Positions 54,482 through 63,602 of a DNA stretch of 64,000 nucleotides are shown here, piece by piece (the stretch's first letter is position 1; each line of letters opens with the position of its first letter). Position numbers and translations under genes: made by a program. The notes under the pieces were generated by a model. It was not told the origin of the DNA, did not search any database, and saw only the letters and a program-made list of their open reading frames with translations. Origin of the DNA: an uncultured Bifidobacteriaceae bacterium (GTDB taxonomy: Bacteria > Verrucomicrobiota > Verrucomicrobiia > Limisphaerales > UBA11358); the NCBI GenBank assembly GCA_964449815.1, contig CAYVGC010000002.1:7-64006 (forward strand), written 5' to 3'.

Positions 54482-56698
54482 GTGAGTTTACAACCAGGCA
54501 TCATTCGAAACAAGCTGGCAGTAATCCTTCCCTGGCTGGTTCTGCCTGCCGTGCTCGGAATGGGTTCGCGGTTGGTCGCAGCCGGCGCGGAAGATCCTTT
54601 TTCAACCGACCCGGATCAGGTTTTGGAACGCACCTGTTTTCAAACCGGCGCGCCGTGGAGTGAAAAATCCAATCTACGTTCCGACGTGGCCATCGTTTAC
54701 GGCATTGATGCAAAATTGCCGGACCGCATCGCGACCTGGCGCGAGCATGGCTATCGCATCCACGTCATGACCGGCGTGTCGTGGGGCAATTATCAGGATT
54801 ATCTCTACGGCCGTTTCGACGGCATCAATCACGAGGACGAGGCGCAGACCGTGAGCGACGGGCGGAAAAGCAGTCACGGCGGCGATGTTTATTACCTGTG
54901 TCCGGGGACGAACTACGGAAAATTTCTCTGCGTCGGCGTGCAGCGCGCTCTCGATGCTGGCGCGGAGGCGATCCATCTCGAAGAACCGGAATTCTGGGTG
55001 AACTCAGGCTACTCGGAAGGATTCAAGCGCGAGTGGCATGCTTTTTACGGCGACGATTGGCAGCCGCCGCACAGTTCCGCCGATGCGCAGTGGCGGGCGT
55101 CAAAGCTGAAATATTTTCTTTACCGCCGCGCGTTGCAGCAGGTCTTCGATTATGTGCAGGCTTACAATCAACGCACCGGGCGGCACGTTCATTGTTATGT
55201 CCCGACGCACAGCCTGCTCAACTACGCCTCCTGGAAGATCGTCAGCCCGGAATCCAGTCTCGCGCAGCTCAACGGCTGCGACGGCTATATCGCGCAGGTC
55301 TGGACCGGCACGTCGCGCACACCGAATGTTTATCGCGGCCAACTCAAGGAGCGGACGTTTGAAACCGCGTTTCTGGAATACGGCGCGATGCAAAATCTCG
55401 TGCGCGCCACGGGCCGCAACGTCTGGTATTTGAACGATCCGATCGAGGACAATCCCAATCACGACTGGAATGATTACCAGCGCAACTGGGAATCCACGCT
55501 CACCGCCTCGCTGCTGCAGCCCGAAGTCTGGCATTTTGAAGTCGCGCCCTGGCCGGAGCGCATTTTCAACGGCCGCTATCCCAAATCCGCGCCGCTTGAA
55601 GATCGCAAACCGATTCCGCCCGGTTACGCCACGGAATTGCAGACCGTGATGAATTCGCTCAACGATTTGAAGCAGGAGCGCGTCGCGTGGGATTGTGGCA
55701 CGACGGGTATCGGCGTGATGATCGGCGATTCACTGATGTTCGAGCGCGGCGACCCCGCACCGAGCGATGAGCACCTGAGCCACATTTACGGACTGGCGAT
55801 GCCCTTGCTGAAGCACGGGATTCCCGTTGAGCCGGTGCAACTGGAAAATGTGACCGTGCCGCATTATCTCGACAGCTTCGAGGTTTTGCTCATGACGTAT
55901 CAGGGAATGAAACCGCTGACGCCGGAAGTTCACGCGCCGATTGCCGGCTGGGTCCGGCGCGGCGGCGTGCTCGTTTTCTGCGATGATGATTCGGACGTTT
56001 TCAATTCCGTGCCTGAATGGTGGAACAACGATAGAAATAAATTTTCCACACCGCGCGAACCTCTCTTTGCGCAGCTTGGTTTCAATCAGACGAACGCCCC
56101 CGCTGCGGACGAAACCGCATGGCAGTTTGGCGAAGGCAAAGTCATCTGGCTGCGCAAAAATCCCGCGCAGCTCGCCCGCAGCGCGGACGGCGCCGGCCAG
56201 GTTGTTGCCGTCGTTGAGGAGGCGGCGAAATCCGCAAAGCTGAAATGGCGTGAAACCAATTCGCTCCTGCTGCGGCGCGGACCTTACATCATCGCCGCCG
56301 GGCTGGATGAATCCATCGCCGGCGAGCCGAAAGTGCTGCAAGGCCGTTTCATCAATTTGTTTGATCCCAGCTTGCGCGTGCTGGACAGCGTGAAGCTGGC
56401 GCCGGGCAGCCGCTACTTTCTGCGCGACCTCGACTTGGCACGCGCGGGCAAACCGCAACTGCTCGCCTCCGCGTGCAAGGCGTTGGCCGTCGGGCAGCCG
56501 GACCAGATTTTGTCTTTTTTGGTTGAAGGTGTGGTGCAAACGCCGGCTGTGATGCTGTTCCGCACATCGTATCCGCCGAAATCTGTCACGCTGGACGGGC
56601 AGCCGGTTGAGCAGACCGATTTCTCAAAAAAAGATGGATTATTGTGGCTTCATTTCGTCAATGAAGCGAAGCCGCGAACCGTGACGCTTCAGTTCTGA
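54482..56698 (+). CDS. secreted hypothetical protein (738 aa), unclassified, inside a CAZyme cluster
   Basis: GTG start and a signal-peptide-like N-terminus. I recognise no family. See the finding at these coordinates for the architecture argument. Confidence 0.6.
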   Translation: MSLQPGIIRNKLAVILPWLVLPAVLGMGSRLVAAGAEDPFSTDPDQVLERTCFQTGAPWSEKSNLRSDVAIVYGIDAKLPDRIATWREHGYRIHVMTGVSWGNYQDYLYGRFDGINHEDEAQTVSDGRKSSHGGDVYYLCPGTNYGKFLCVGVQRALDAGAEAIHLEEPEFWVNSGYSEGFKREWHAFYGDDWQPPHSSADAQWRASKLKYFLYRRALQQVFDYVQAYNQRTGRHVHCYVPTHSLLNYASWKIVSPESSLAQLNGCDGYIAQVWTGTSRTPNVYRGQLKERTFETAFLEYGAMQNLVRATGRNVWYLNDPIEDNPNHDWNDYQRNWESTLTASLLQPEVWHFEVAPWPERIFNGRYPKSAPLEDRKPIPPGYATELQTVMNSLNDLKQERVAWDCGTTGIGVMIGDSLMFERGDPAPSDEHLSHIYGLAMPLLKHGIPVEPVQLENVTVPHYLDSFEVLLMTYQGMKPLTPEVHAPIAGWVRRGGVLVFCDDDSDVFNSVPEWWNNDRNKFSTPREPLFAQLGFNQTNAPAADETAWQFGEGKVIWLRKNPAQLARSADGAGQVVAVVEEAAKSAKLKWRETNSLLLRRGPYIIAAGLDESIAGEPKVLQGRFINLFDPSLRVLDSVKLAPGSRYFLRDLDLARAGKPQLLASACKALAVGQPDQILSFLVEGVVQTPAVMLFRTSYPPKSVTLDGQPVEQTDFSKKDGLLWLHFVNEAKPRTVTLQF

Positions 56699-56705
56699 AA
56701 ATTCT

Positions 56706-58337
56706 ATGGTTTTACCTCTGCTGACTTCACAACATTGGGCCGCGCGATTTTGCCGGAGTAATTTTCAAACCGGCGCGCTGCTCATTGCGGGTTTGATCTG
56801 GTTCGGCCAGGCTTCGACCGCGACCGCGCAGGTGTTTTACCAGAATCCAGTGATTGTCGGCGATCACCCCGATCCGTCCATCATCCGCGTCGGCAAAGAT
56901 TTTTGGGCCACCTGCACTTCCTCCGAGTGGGGGCCGCAATTTCCGCTGCTTCATTCCACCGATTTGGTCAACTGGGAATTGACCGGCTCCGTTTTCCCGC
57001 ATCGCCCGGCCTGGGCCGTGGGAAATTTTTGGGCGCCGGAAATTTCCGAATTCAAAGGCCGCTACGCCGTCTATTACGTCGGCCGCAAGCGCGGCGGCCC
57101 GCTGACCGTGGCGGTGGCGACCGCCGACAAGCCGGGCGGCCCTTATATTGATCGCGGGCCGCTCGTGGGGCAGGACGATGGCTCGATTGATCCGGCTCCG
57201 GCGACGGACGAAAATGGCGTCCGTTATTTGATCTGGAAAGAAGACGGAAATAGTCGCGGCCAGCCAACGCCCATTTGGGCGCAATCGCTCAACGACGATG
57301 GAACCAAGCTGGCCGGTGAGCCGCACGAACTGATTCGCAACGATGCCGCCTCCTGGGAGGGCGGCGTGGTGGAAGGCCCGTTCATTCTTAGGCGCAACGG
57401 CTGGTTTTACCTGTTTTACTCCGGCAACGGCTGTTGCGGCACCGGCTGCAGCTATGCGCTGGGCGTCGCCCGCGCGCATTCGCTGCTCGGGCCGTGGGAG
57501 AAGAATCCGGCGAACCCCATTCTCGCCGGCAATGAAACGTGGAAATGTCCCGGCCACGGCAGCATTGTTCAAGACGCCCAGGGACGCTACTGGTTTTTGT
57601 ATCACGCCTACTCGACCGGCGGATCGGTCTTCACCGGCCGTGAAGGCATGCTGGATGAGGTCAAGTTTGGCCCCGACAACTGGCCGACCATCAATAATGG
57701 CAATGGCCCCAGCACGACGGCGGTTTCACCTTTTGGCGCGGTCCAGTTGAAGACCGGTGCCAGTTATTCCGATGATTTCACCGGCGACGAGTTGCAAAAA
57801 GGCTGGCAATGGCCGCAAGGCCGCGAGCCGCTTCATCGTCTGGACCACGGGCGGTTGCTGCTGGGCGTCAATGGCCAGGGAACAAATTTTCTGGCCGCGA
57901 CCCTGGCCCGTCCGACCACCACAGCAGATTATGTCGCCACCACCATCATTGAAACCAGGCTGCTTAAACCGGGGAGCACCGCCGGTCTCTGCGCCTTGGG
58001 AGATTCGGAAAATGCGATGGGCGCTGTGTTCTGTGATGGCAGCATCATCACTTGGCGGCGGGACAAAGGCGAGACTCGACAGCTCGCGCGGCAGCCGGCG
58101 CCTGACGCGCCAAAACTTTACTTGAAATTAACCGCGCGTCACGGTTATCACTTTCAACTGGCCGTCAGCGCGGATGGTGAGAAATGGATGCCGTGTGGAG
58201 ATTCTGCTGACGCGAAGGATCTGCCGCCGTGGGATCGCAGCGTGCGCGTGGCGCTGACCGTCGGCGGCGCTGCCGGGGCGGAAGGAACTTTTGATTCGTT
58301 TTCGATCAAACTGCTGGAGCCGGGGCTGGCCAAATAA
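56706..58337 (+). CDS. glycoside hydrolase family 43 with C-terminal beta-sandwich domain
   Basis: YQNPVIVGDHPDPSIIRVGKDFW...FWAPEI...GSIDPAPATDENG...VEGP is the GH43 five-bladed propeller pattern. Confidence 0.85.
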   Translation: MVLPLLTSQHWAARFCRSNFQTGALLIAGLIWFGQASTATAQVFYQNPVIVGDHPDPSIIRVGKDFWATCTSSEWGPQFPLLHSTDLVNWELTGSVFPHRPAWAVGNFWAPEISEFKGRYAVYYVGRKRGGPLTVAVATADKPGGPYIDRGPLVGQDDGSIDPAPATDENGVRYLIWKEDGNSRGQPTPIWAQSLNDDGTKLAGEPHELIRNDAASWEGGVVEGPFILRRNGWFYLFYSGNGCCGTGCSYALGVARAHSLLGPWEKNPANPILAGNETWKCPGHGSIVQDAQGRYWFLYHAYSTGGSVFTGREGMLDEVKFGPDNWPTINNGNGPSTTAVSPFGAVQLKTGASYSDDFTGDELQKGWQWPQGREPLHRLDHGRLLLGVNGQGTNFLAATLARPTTTADYVATTIIETRLLKPGSTAGLCALGDSENAMGAVFCDGSIITWRRDKGETRQLARQPAPDAPKLYLKLTARHGYHFQLAVSADGEKWMPCGDSADAKDLPPWDRSVRVALTVGGAAGAEGTFDSFSIKLLEPGLAK

Positions 58338-58540
58338 ATTGATGAAAAGGACCGTTTCCTTTTTCGTCGCGCTGGCATTTTTTCCTGGCGCTGCCGGTGC
58401 ATTTGCGGAAGGCGCGTCCGCCCATTCGGAAGTTCGGTTCAAATGGGCGTGAACACGCGGAGCCGTGAAATTACCCTGCAGCGGCAGTCTGCGGCCCGGA
58501 ATGCCGGTCGTCACGCGCATGGGCAGCGGGAAATTTATCG

Positions 58541-58689
58541 CGGGCTGTGAAATCGTGGGTTCGCTTCAAGAGAAGCGGATTTTGCCCTTGGAGCCTTCGG
58601 CTCGAACCTTGTCCTCGACTGCAAAAAAGCCTGTGGTTCTTGCGTCAAACCGTGGTCATTACTCATCGAACCGTCTCCGTGTGGTGGAA
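58541..58689 (+). pseudogene. ~150-nt remnant of the 3' end of a serine recombinase gene
   Basis: Inverted copy of 63603..63757. A 97-nt core has 2 mismatches, followed by a 17/18-nt divergent patch that shifts the frame, then 21 identical nt. No upstream recombinase coding sequence is present. Confidence 0.7.
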
Positions 58690-58764
58690 TGGTGCGCGGT
58701 GGAGGTTTCGAACCTCCGACCCCTACCGTGTCAAGGTAATGCTCTACCACTGAGCTAACCGCGC
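58690..58764 (-). tRNA. tRNA-Val (anticodon GAC)
   Basis: GCGCGGT TA GCTC AGTGGTA GAGC A TTACC TTGACAC GGTAG GGGTC GGAGG TTCGAAA CCTCC ACCGCGC A CCA. Cloverleaf folded by hand, encoded CCA present. Confidence 0.9.
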
Positions 58765-59173
58765 AACCCGCATCAACATCCATCAACCGACTGGATTTGA
58801 ACGTCAAATCTAAAGTCTCCCAAAAACAGTCCGGCGGCGCAATCCGATTTTAAGCAGCGATGTTAGAGCCTGTCTGAGAACTCCTCTATTGTCGTGGCGG
58901 CAGCCATCTTGGCTGCTAGTGACGCGGCTTCTAGCCGCGAGTTTGGCCGGGAACTGGCGGCAGGATGCCGCCTTCACCGGCAGGCTGGAAGCCCGCCCCC
59001 ACATTTTCAGACAGGCTCTTAGACAAAATGTTAGACACTGCGGTAATCCAACCATATGGCAATGGTTGGCCATCAGATATGGGTGCTGGCTTTCTGACGG
59101 CCATCGGCCAATCGTCCTGTCCGCCATTTTCCGCTGCTTGCATTTCATCGCCCCCGCTTTAGCTTGAGCAGGC

Positions 59174-60544
59174 GTGAAACGATTCGCATCCATGATCCTG
59201 CTGCTGTCGCTGCCGGGGCTGCGGCTGCCAGCGGAGCGCATCAATCAGGAGGGGCGCATCCTTGGCACGCTGCCGGGGGTGACGCATCCCATTTTGTTCA
59301 ACACCACGAATGCGGACGCCGTGGTTGCAGCGATGCAGATTTTCCCGGTGACGAACCCGTGGAACGAATGTATTTCCAACCGGCCCGTGCTGGTGAATTC
59401 AGACGCCATGATCGCGCAGATCATGACGAACCTTTCATCCAACCACCGCGCGCTGGTCGTGGAATACGAAATGAATTTTGTGCTGGTGCCGGACAACCAG
59501 CCGCGCTTGCCGATTGATTTCTTCAATTATGCGGATGAATCCGATTTGGACGGCGGGGCTTCACCATATGGCCTGTATCCAATACCGGCGAACCTGCCCA
59601 TCGAGACATGGCCTTCGCAGACGGGCACGCAGACGCTGGCGCAGTGGCAGACGAACAACGACGGCAGCGACCGGCACGCCGTCATGGTTGTGCCGGAGGC
59701 GGGTTTCATCTGGGAAACGTGGGAGACGATGCTGGTCGGCACAAATTGGGAGGCGTCAAACGGCGCGAAGTTTAATCTGAACACCAACGCTCTGCGGCCC
59801 GCAGGCTGGACTTCGGGCGACGCGGCGGGCTTCCCGATGTTCCCGGCGCTGGTGCGTTACGACGAGGCGGAGCGCGGCATGGTGGAGCACGCCTGCCGGC
59901 TGGTCGTGGCCAAAACGCGCTACAACCAATATCTTTATCCTGCGACGCATTATGCCGCGCCCGCCAACAACACCAGCACGAACCTGCCCGCGATGGGCCA
60001 GCGGCTGCGGCTGAAGTCGGCCTTCGTCATTCCAGCCAACTTCACGACGGAGGAAAAGGCGGTGGTGCTGGGGTTGAAAAAATATGGCGCAATGGTGGCG
60101 GACAACGGCGGCGTGTTTTCCATTTCGGTGACGCCGGACGACCGCTGGCCGACAAATTGTTTCAATGATTTGACCAGCATCAGCATCACAAACTTTGAGG
60201 CCGTCCAGACGACGGGAGCGAATGAAGGGCCGCGTTCGGCGGGTGCGCCGATGGCGAACGCGGGGCCGGACCAGACCGTGAGGTTCGGTCAGGTGGCGCG
60301 ACTGGCGGGTGTGGTGAATTTCTCAAATTCGCCGCCGGCAATCCGATGGAAAACTTGTTCCGGGCCGGGCGCAGTCACGTTCGGCAACGCCATGCAGACA
60401 AACACGACGGCAATTTTCAGCGCGCCGGGAAGCTACACGCTGGAATTGAGCGCGGATGACGGGGTTCATGCGGTGGCGTATGACGCCATGTTCATCACGG
60501 TGACGAACGCCATCAATGTGGCAATCCACGCCCACCGGCAATAA
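59174..60544 (+). CDS. secreted hypothetical protein, apparently frameshifted near its 3' end
   Basis: GTG start and a signal-peptide-like N-terminus. The reading frame continues in the +1 frame at 60516..60704. Confidence 0.55.
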   Translation: MKRFASMILLLSLPGLRLPAERINQEGRILGTLPGVTHPILFNTTNADAVVAAMQIFPVTNPWNECISNRPVLVNSDAMIAQIMTNLSSNHRALVVEYEMNFVLVPDNQPRLPIDFFNYADESDLDGGASPYGLYPIPANLPIETWPSQTGTQTLAQWQTNNDGSDRHAVMVVPEAGFIWETWETMLVGTNWEASNGAKFNLNTNALRPAGWTSGDAAGFPMFPALVRYDEAERGMVEHACRLVVAKTRYNQYLYPATHYAAPANNTSTNLPAMGQRLRLKSAFVIPANFTTEEKAVVLGLKKYGAMVADNGGVFSISVTPDDRWPTNCFNDLTSISITNFEAVQTTGANEGPRSAGAPMANAGPDQTVRFGQVARLAGVVNFSNSPPAIRWKTCSGPGAVTFGNAMQTNTTAIFSAPGSYTLELSADDGVHAVAYDAMFITVTNAINVAIHAHRQ

Positions 60545-60545
60545 T

Positions 60546-60704
60546 GTGAACGTGAGCTGGACCGGCGGCGTGGCACCCTACATCGTGGAAAGATCCGGTG
60601 CGCTGCCGCCAACTTCATGGCGTGACATCGCGACGCCGAGCGGTAACAGCACGAATCTTCCCATTACCAACGCGACCGGTTTTTTCCGCGTGCAAGGACG
60701 TTAG
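60546..60704 (+). pseudogene. detached C-terminal segment of the preceding gene
   Basis: NVNVSWTGGVAPYIVERSGALPPTSWRDI...TNATGFFRVQGR looks like the usual C-terminal beta domain of large secreted PVC proteins. It is in a different frame from 59174..60544. Confidence 0.5.
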
Positions 60705-61471
60705 CCTTTGCGTCCCAAAATAATCAGGGTGCGGACGGGAAGGCGAAACTCGTTGTTTTCAGATCGTATGCCCAGCCCCGCCAGATGCTCTTGGGGCGCT
60801 GCCGCCAGCCGCGCCCGGATTTTCGCCTGCGCTTCAGGTGGGGTGCTTCCGATCTCACACCAGCGCCGGACGGTCAATCCGTCGGACATTTCCGTCAGCC
60901 CGGATTCCAACGCCTCAATTTTGAGGCCGCTCGCCTCAAAAAATTTCCGCCAGCGGATGGCAGTGTGGCTGCGGACATGCGTTGGGTCATGCAGCCTTTC
61001 GATTTCGTGGTTCAAGTCATCAAGAGCCGGGTTTTCGTTGCCTTCCAAATCAATCACGGCCACAACGCCTCCGCCCTTTGCCAGCCGGGCCATTTCTTTT
61101 ACGGCCTTGGCGACATCTGGAAAATGATGCGGGGCCAGCCGCGAAACGACGGCATCGAAGGAGTTGCCCGGGAACGGCACGGCTTCGGCATGGGCGTGAA
61201 CCGGTTCCACTTTCACTCCCCGTGCCTGCGCCAGTTGCTCAAACTGCCGGAGCATGTTGGGGGCGGCGTCAACGCCGACAATCCGGGCGGCTTTGCCCGC
61301 GAAAGACAAAGCCAGATGACCGGGACCGCAAGCCACGTCGCAGACCGAGGCGGGCGGATGCCGCCGCAGCAGTTCGTGCAGCCGCCGAATCGTGGGGCTG
61401 TTGGCATGAACTTCACTCGTGGCGTATTGGCCGGCAATGGCATCAAAATGTTCTGGCGCGGACGTGGTCAT
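60701..61471 (-). CDS. class I SAM-dependent methyltransferase (Methyltransf_11-like)
   Basis: VCDVACGPGHLAL motif I and VVSRLAPHHF. Confidence 0.8.
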   Translation of the reverse strand: MTTSAPEHFDAIAGQYATSEVHANSPTIRRLHELLRRHPPASVCDVACGPGHLALSFAGKAARIVGVDAAPNMLRQFEQLAQARGVKVEPVHAHAEAVPFPGNSFDAVVSRLAPHHFPDVAKAVKEMARLAKGGGVVAVIDLEGNENPALDDLNHEIERLHDPTHVRSHTAIRWRKFFEASGLKIEALESGLTEMSDGLTVRRWCEIGSTPPEAQAKIRARLAAAPQEHLAGLGIRSENNEFRLPVRTLIILGRKG

Positions 61472-62025
61472 ATCAATGACTTTTCAAGATGAAAATTTTA
61501 ATCTTCCGCTCGGGCGCGTCAACCCCGGGACGCGCTAAAGATGGACGCCGTAAGTTTTCTCAAATCAATTGGCAGGGCGGCATCACGTTGTTCGCTTTGG
61601 GCTTCGTGGTGAGGACCAAAGCGGAATTTCCGCCATCTGCCAGCTTGTAATGCCGTGCAGCATCCGCCGGCGTCCCTCCCGGTCATGTGACTTTTGATGA
61701 CCGGTTCTTTTGTCCTCGCTTTGTCGGAAGCAATAAAAACCGAAAGTCCAAAAGTGGACCGATGGTTCTCATCTTGCGCGTCGTTGGGAAAGCCACTGCG
61801 CGCGGGCGGAAGCGGCGGCAAACGCGGACGACGATGCCGTGGTGCATCGAAGAACAGCTCGACAAGCTGCCGTCAGTTTATACGCGAGCGGTGCATCAGG
61901 CCAAGCGCCAACCGGTAATCGGCGCGTTTGCCATATCCATGGCGGCGGGATAGGATGAAGTGTGGCGCGCTGATCCTTCGGAAATTTTCGCTTTGCAATC
62001 GCCCGCGCCGGGGTAAAGTCCGGTT

Positions 62026-62586
62026 GTGAACGTGCGCAACAAACTGCTTTTCGCCGCCGGGTTGCTGGCCGGATTTCTCACGGCCAGCCACGCGGAAAAT
62101 CCCTCAACCAACGGAGTCACCATGAAACTTGACCTCACCACCACCGCATTTGTCGAAGGCCAGCCGATTCCCCGGCGGCACGCGTTCGATGACCAGAATC
62201 TGTCGCCCGATCTGCACTGGTCGGGTGTGCCGCCCGCCACAAAGAGCCTCGCGTTGATTTGCGACGACCCCGATGCGCCGATGGGCATCTGGGTGCATTG
62301 GGTGATCTACGACTTGCCGCCGGACATCACCGGCCTGGCTGAAGACGTGCCGAAATCACCGGAGCTGGCCAGCGGCGCGAAGCAGGGCTTGAATGATTAC
62401 AAGCGCCTCGGCTATGGCGGGCCGTGTCCGCCGCCCGGCAAAGCGCACCGCTATTTTTTCAAGCTCTACGCGCTCGACGCCAAGCCGGATCTCAAGCCCG
62501 GCCTCACAAAAAAGGATTTGCTCAAGGCGATGGACGGTCACGTCATCGCCGAAGGCCAGTTGATGGGAACGTATCAACGGAAATAA
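62026..62586 (+). CDS. YbhB/YbcL-family (PEBP/Raf kinase inhibitor-like) protein, secreted
   Basis: CDDPDAP...WVHWVIYD...GYGGPCPPPGKAHRYFFKLYALD is the PEBP signature. Confidence 0.9.
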   Translation: MNVRNKLLFAAGLLAGFLTASHAENPSTNGVTMKLDLTTTAFVEGQPIPRRHAFDDQNLSPDLHWSGVPPATKSLALICDDPDAPMGIWVHWVIYDLPPDITGLAEDVPKSPELASGAKQGLNDYKRLGYGGPCPPPGKAHRYFFKLYALDAKPDLKPGLTKKDLLKAMDGHVIAEGQLMGTYQRK

Positions 62587-62627
62587 CAACATTGGACCTC
62601 CATTGACCGGCCCGGAGGACAGCGACC

Positions 62628-63227
62628 TTGACCGCCGACAATCCAGCCGCCTTTCTGCGCCTGTTCATCGCCCTCGCCGTCCCGCCGGATGTGCGGCAGG
62701 AAATTGGACGCGCGCAAGGCCAGTTGCGGCGCAACTCCCCGCCGGGAGCCATCCGTTGGACGCGACCGGAACAGTTTCATGTCACATTGAAGTTTCTCGG
62801 CGACGTGCCATCGGCGCAGGTTGCGGCGCTGGAAGCAGCCGTGGCCAAGGTGTGTGTTGGATTCAAAGTTATGAAACTTTCCGCCCACGGCATCGGCTTT
62901 TTCCCCGGTGCGCAGCCGCCGCGCGTGCTCTGGGCGGGGGTGGACGACCTCAGCGGACAACTGGCGGAACTGCACTGGCAGATGGATGCAGCGGTGCGGC
63001 CATTCGCCCCGGCAGAGCGGCTGGAAAGATTTACCGGCCACATCACATTGGGCCGGTTCAAACCGGGGCATCACGCAGCCACGCCAAATTTGCTGGCCCG
63101 CGCCACGGTGCTTCGCGACCGTCACTTTGGCGACTGGCAGGCCGGGGCAGCGGAAATTGTCCGCAGCGAACTTACCGCCGCCGGGGTCATGCACGCGCCG
63201 CTGGCATTGTGTCCGCTGACGGAATAA
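62628..63227 (+). CDS. thpR: RNA 2',3'-cyclic phosphodiesterase (2H phosphoesterase, LigT/ThpR)
   Basis: Two HxT/S motifs, HVTLKFLG and HITLGRF. TTG start. Confidence 0.85.
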   Translation: MTADNPAAFLRLFIALAVPPDVRQEIGRAQGQLRRNSPPGAIRWTRPEQFHVTLKFLGDVPSAQVAALEAAVAKVCVGFKVMKLSAHGIGFFPGAQPPRVLWAGVDDLSGQLAELHWQMDAAVRPFAPAERLERFTGHITLGRFKPGHHAATPNLLARATVLRDRHFGDWQAGAAEIVRSELTAAGVMHAPLALCPLTE

Positions 63228-63527
63228 AATTTTTGCGCGGGCGAATTCGAATTGCAAACGGTCATGAACCGAGGCTGATACTCTTCGTGATCCAAGGTCA
63301 CATCATGTCTAAAGAGTGTTCTTTGCGCTTGCCAGCCCATTTTTTTATCCCATAGTAAGTTTCGTTGACGCCATGCCGATGAAGACCGCAACCTTTGAGA
63401 TTCTGGCAGGCAATGGCCTTGTGCTGGGCGATTATTGATTTTTTCATGCTTCCATTATGAGGAGGGTGACAGAGCGGGGTGCCAACAAGAACTGGCAGTT
63501 TCGATATATTGCATAAGCAATTTTTCA

Positions 63528-63602
63528 GGGCGCTTGGCGCAGTGGTAGCGCTGCTCCTTTACACGGAGAAGGTCGCAGGTTCGAATCCTGCAGTGCCCAC
63601 CA
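63528..63602 (+). tRNA. tRNA-Val (anticodon TAC)
   Basis: GGGCGCT TG GCGC AGTGGTA GCGC T GCTCC TTTACAC GGAGA AGGTC GCAGG TTCGAAT CCTGC AGTGCCC A CCA. Folded by hand, with one G-A mismatch at the top of the anticodon stem. Confidence 0.85.

Noticed and set aside
58343-58452. 36-aa ORF resembling a signal peptide only
   Set aside because: It is too short to be a gene. I mention it only as a possible stump under the tRNA-Val/recombinase finding.
58810-59244. 144-aa minus-strand ORF and smaller ORFs between tRNA-Val and the 59174 gene
   Set aside because: The region consists of REP-like repeats, for example gcaggatgccgccttcaccggcaggctggaagcccgcccc, and a long inverted repeat (tagagcctgtctga / tcagacaggctcttaga). 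It has no coding character.
61715-61745. RNase P RNA, prompted by a GAAAGTCC string
   Set aside because: Only the short string matches. The surrounding sequence lacks the conserved P4 and other helices.
63298-63447. 49-aa minus-strand ORF (MKKSIIAQHKAIACQNLKGCGLHRHG...) next to tRNA-Val(TAC)
   Set aside because: I recognise no family and it is too short to support. It may be gene debris.
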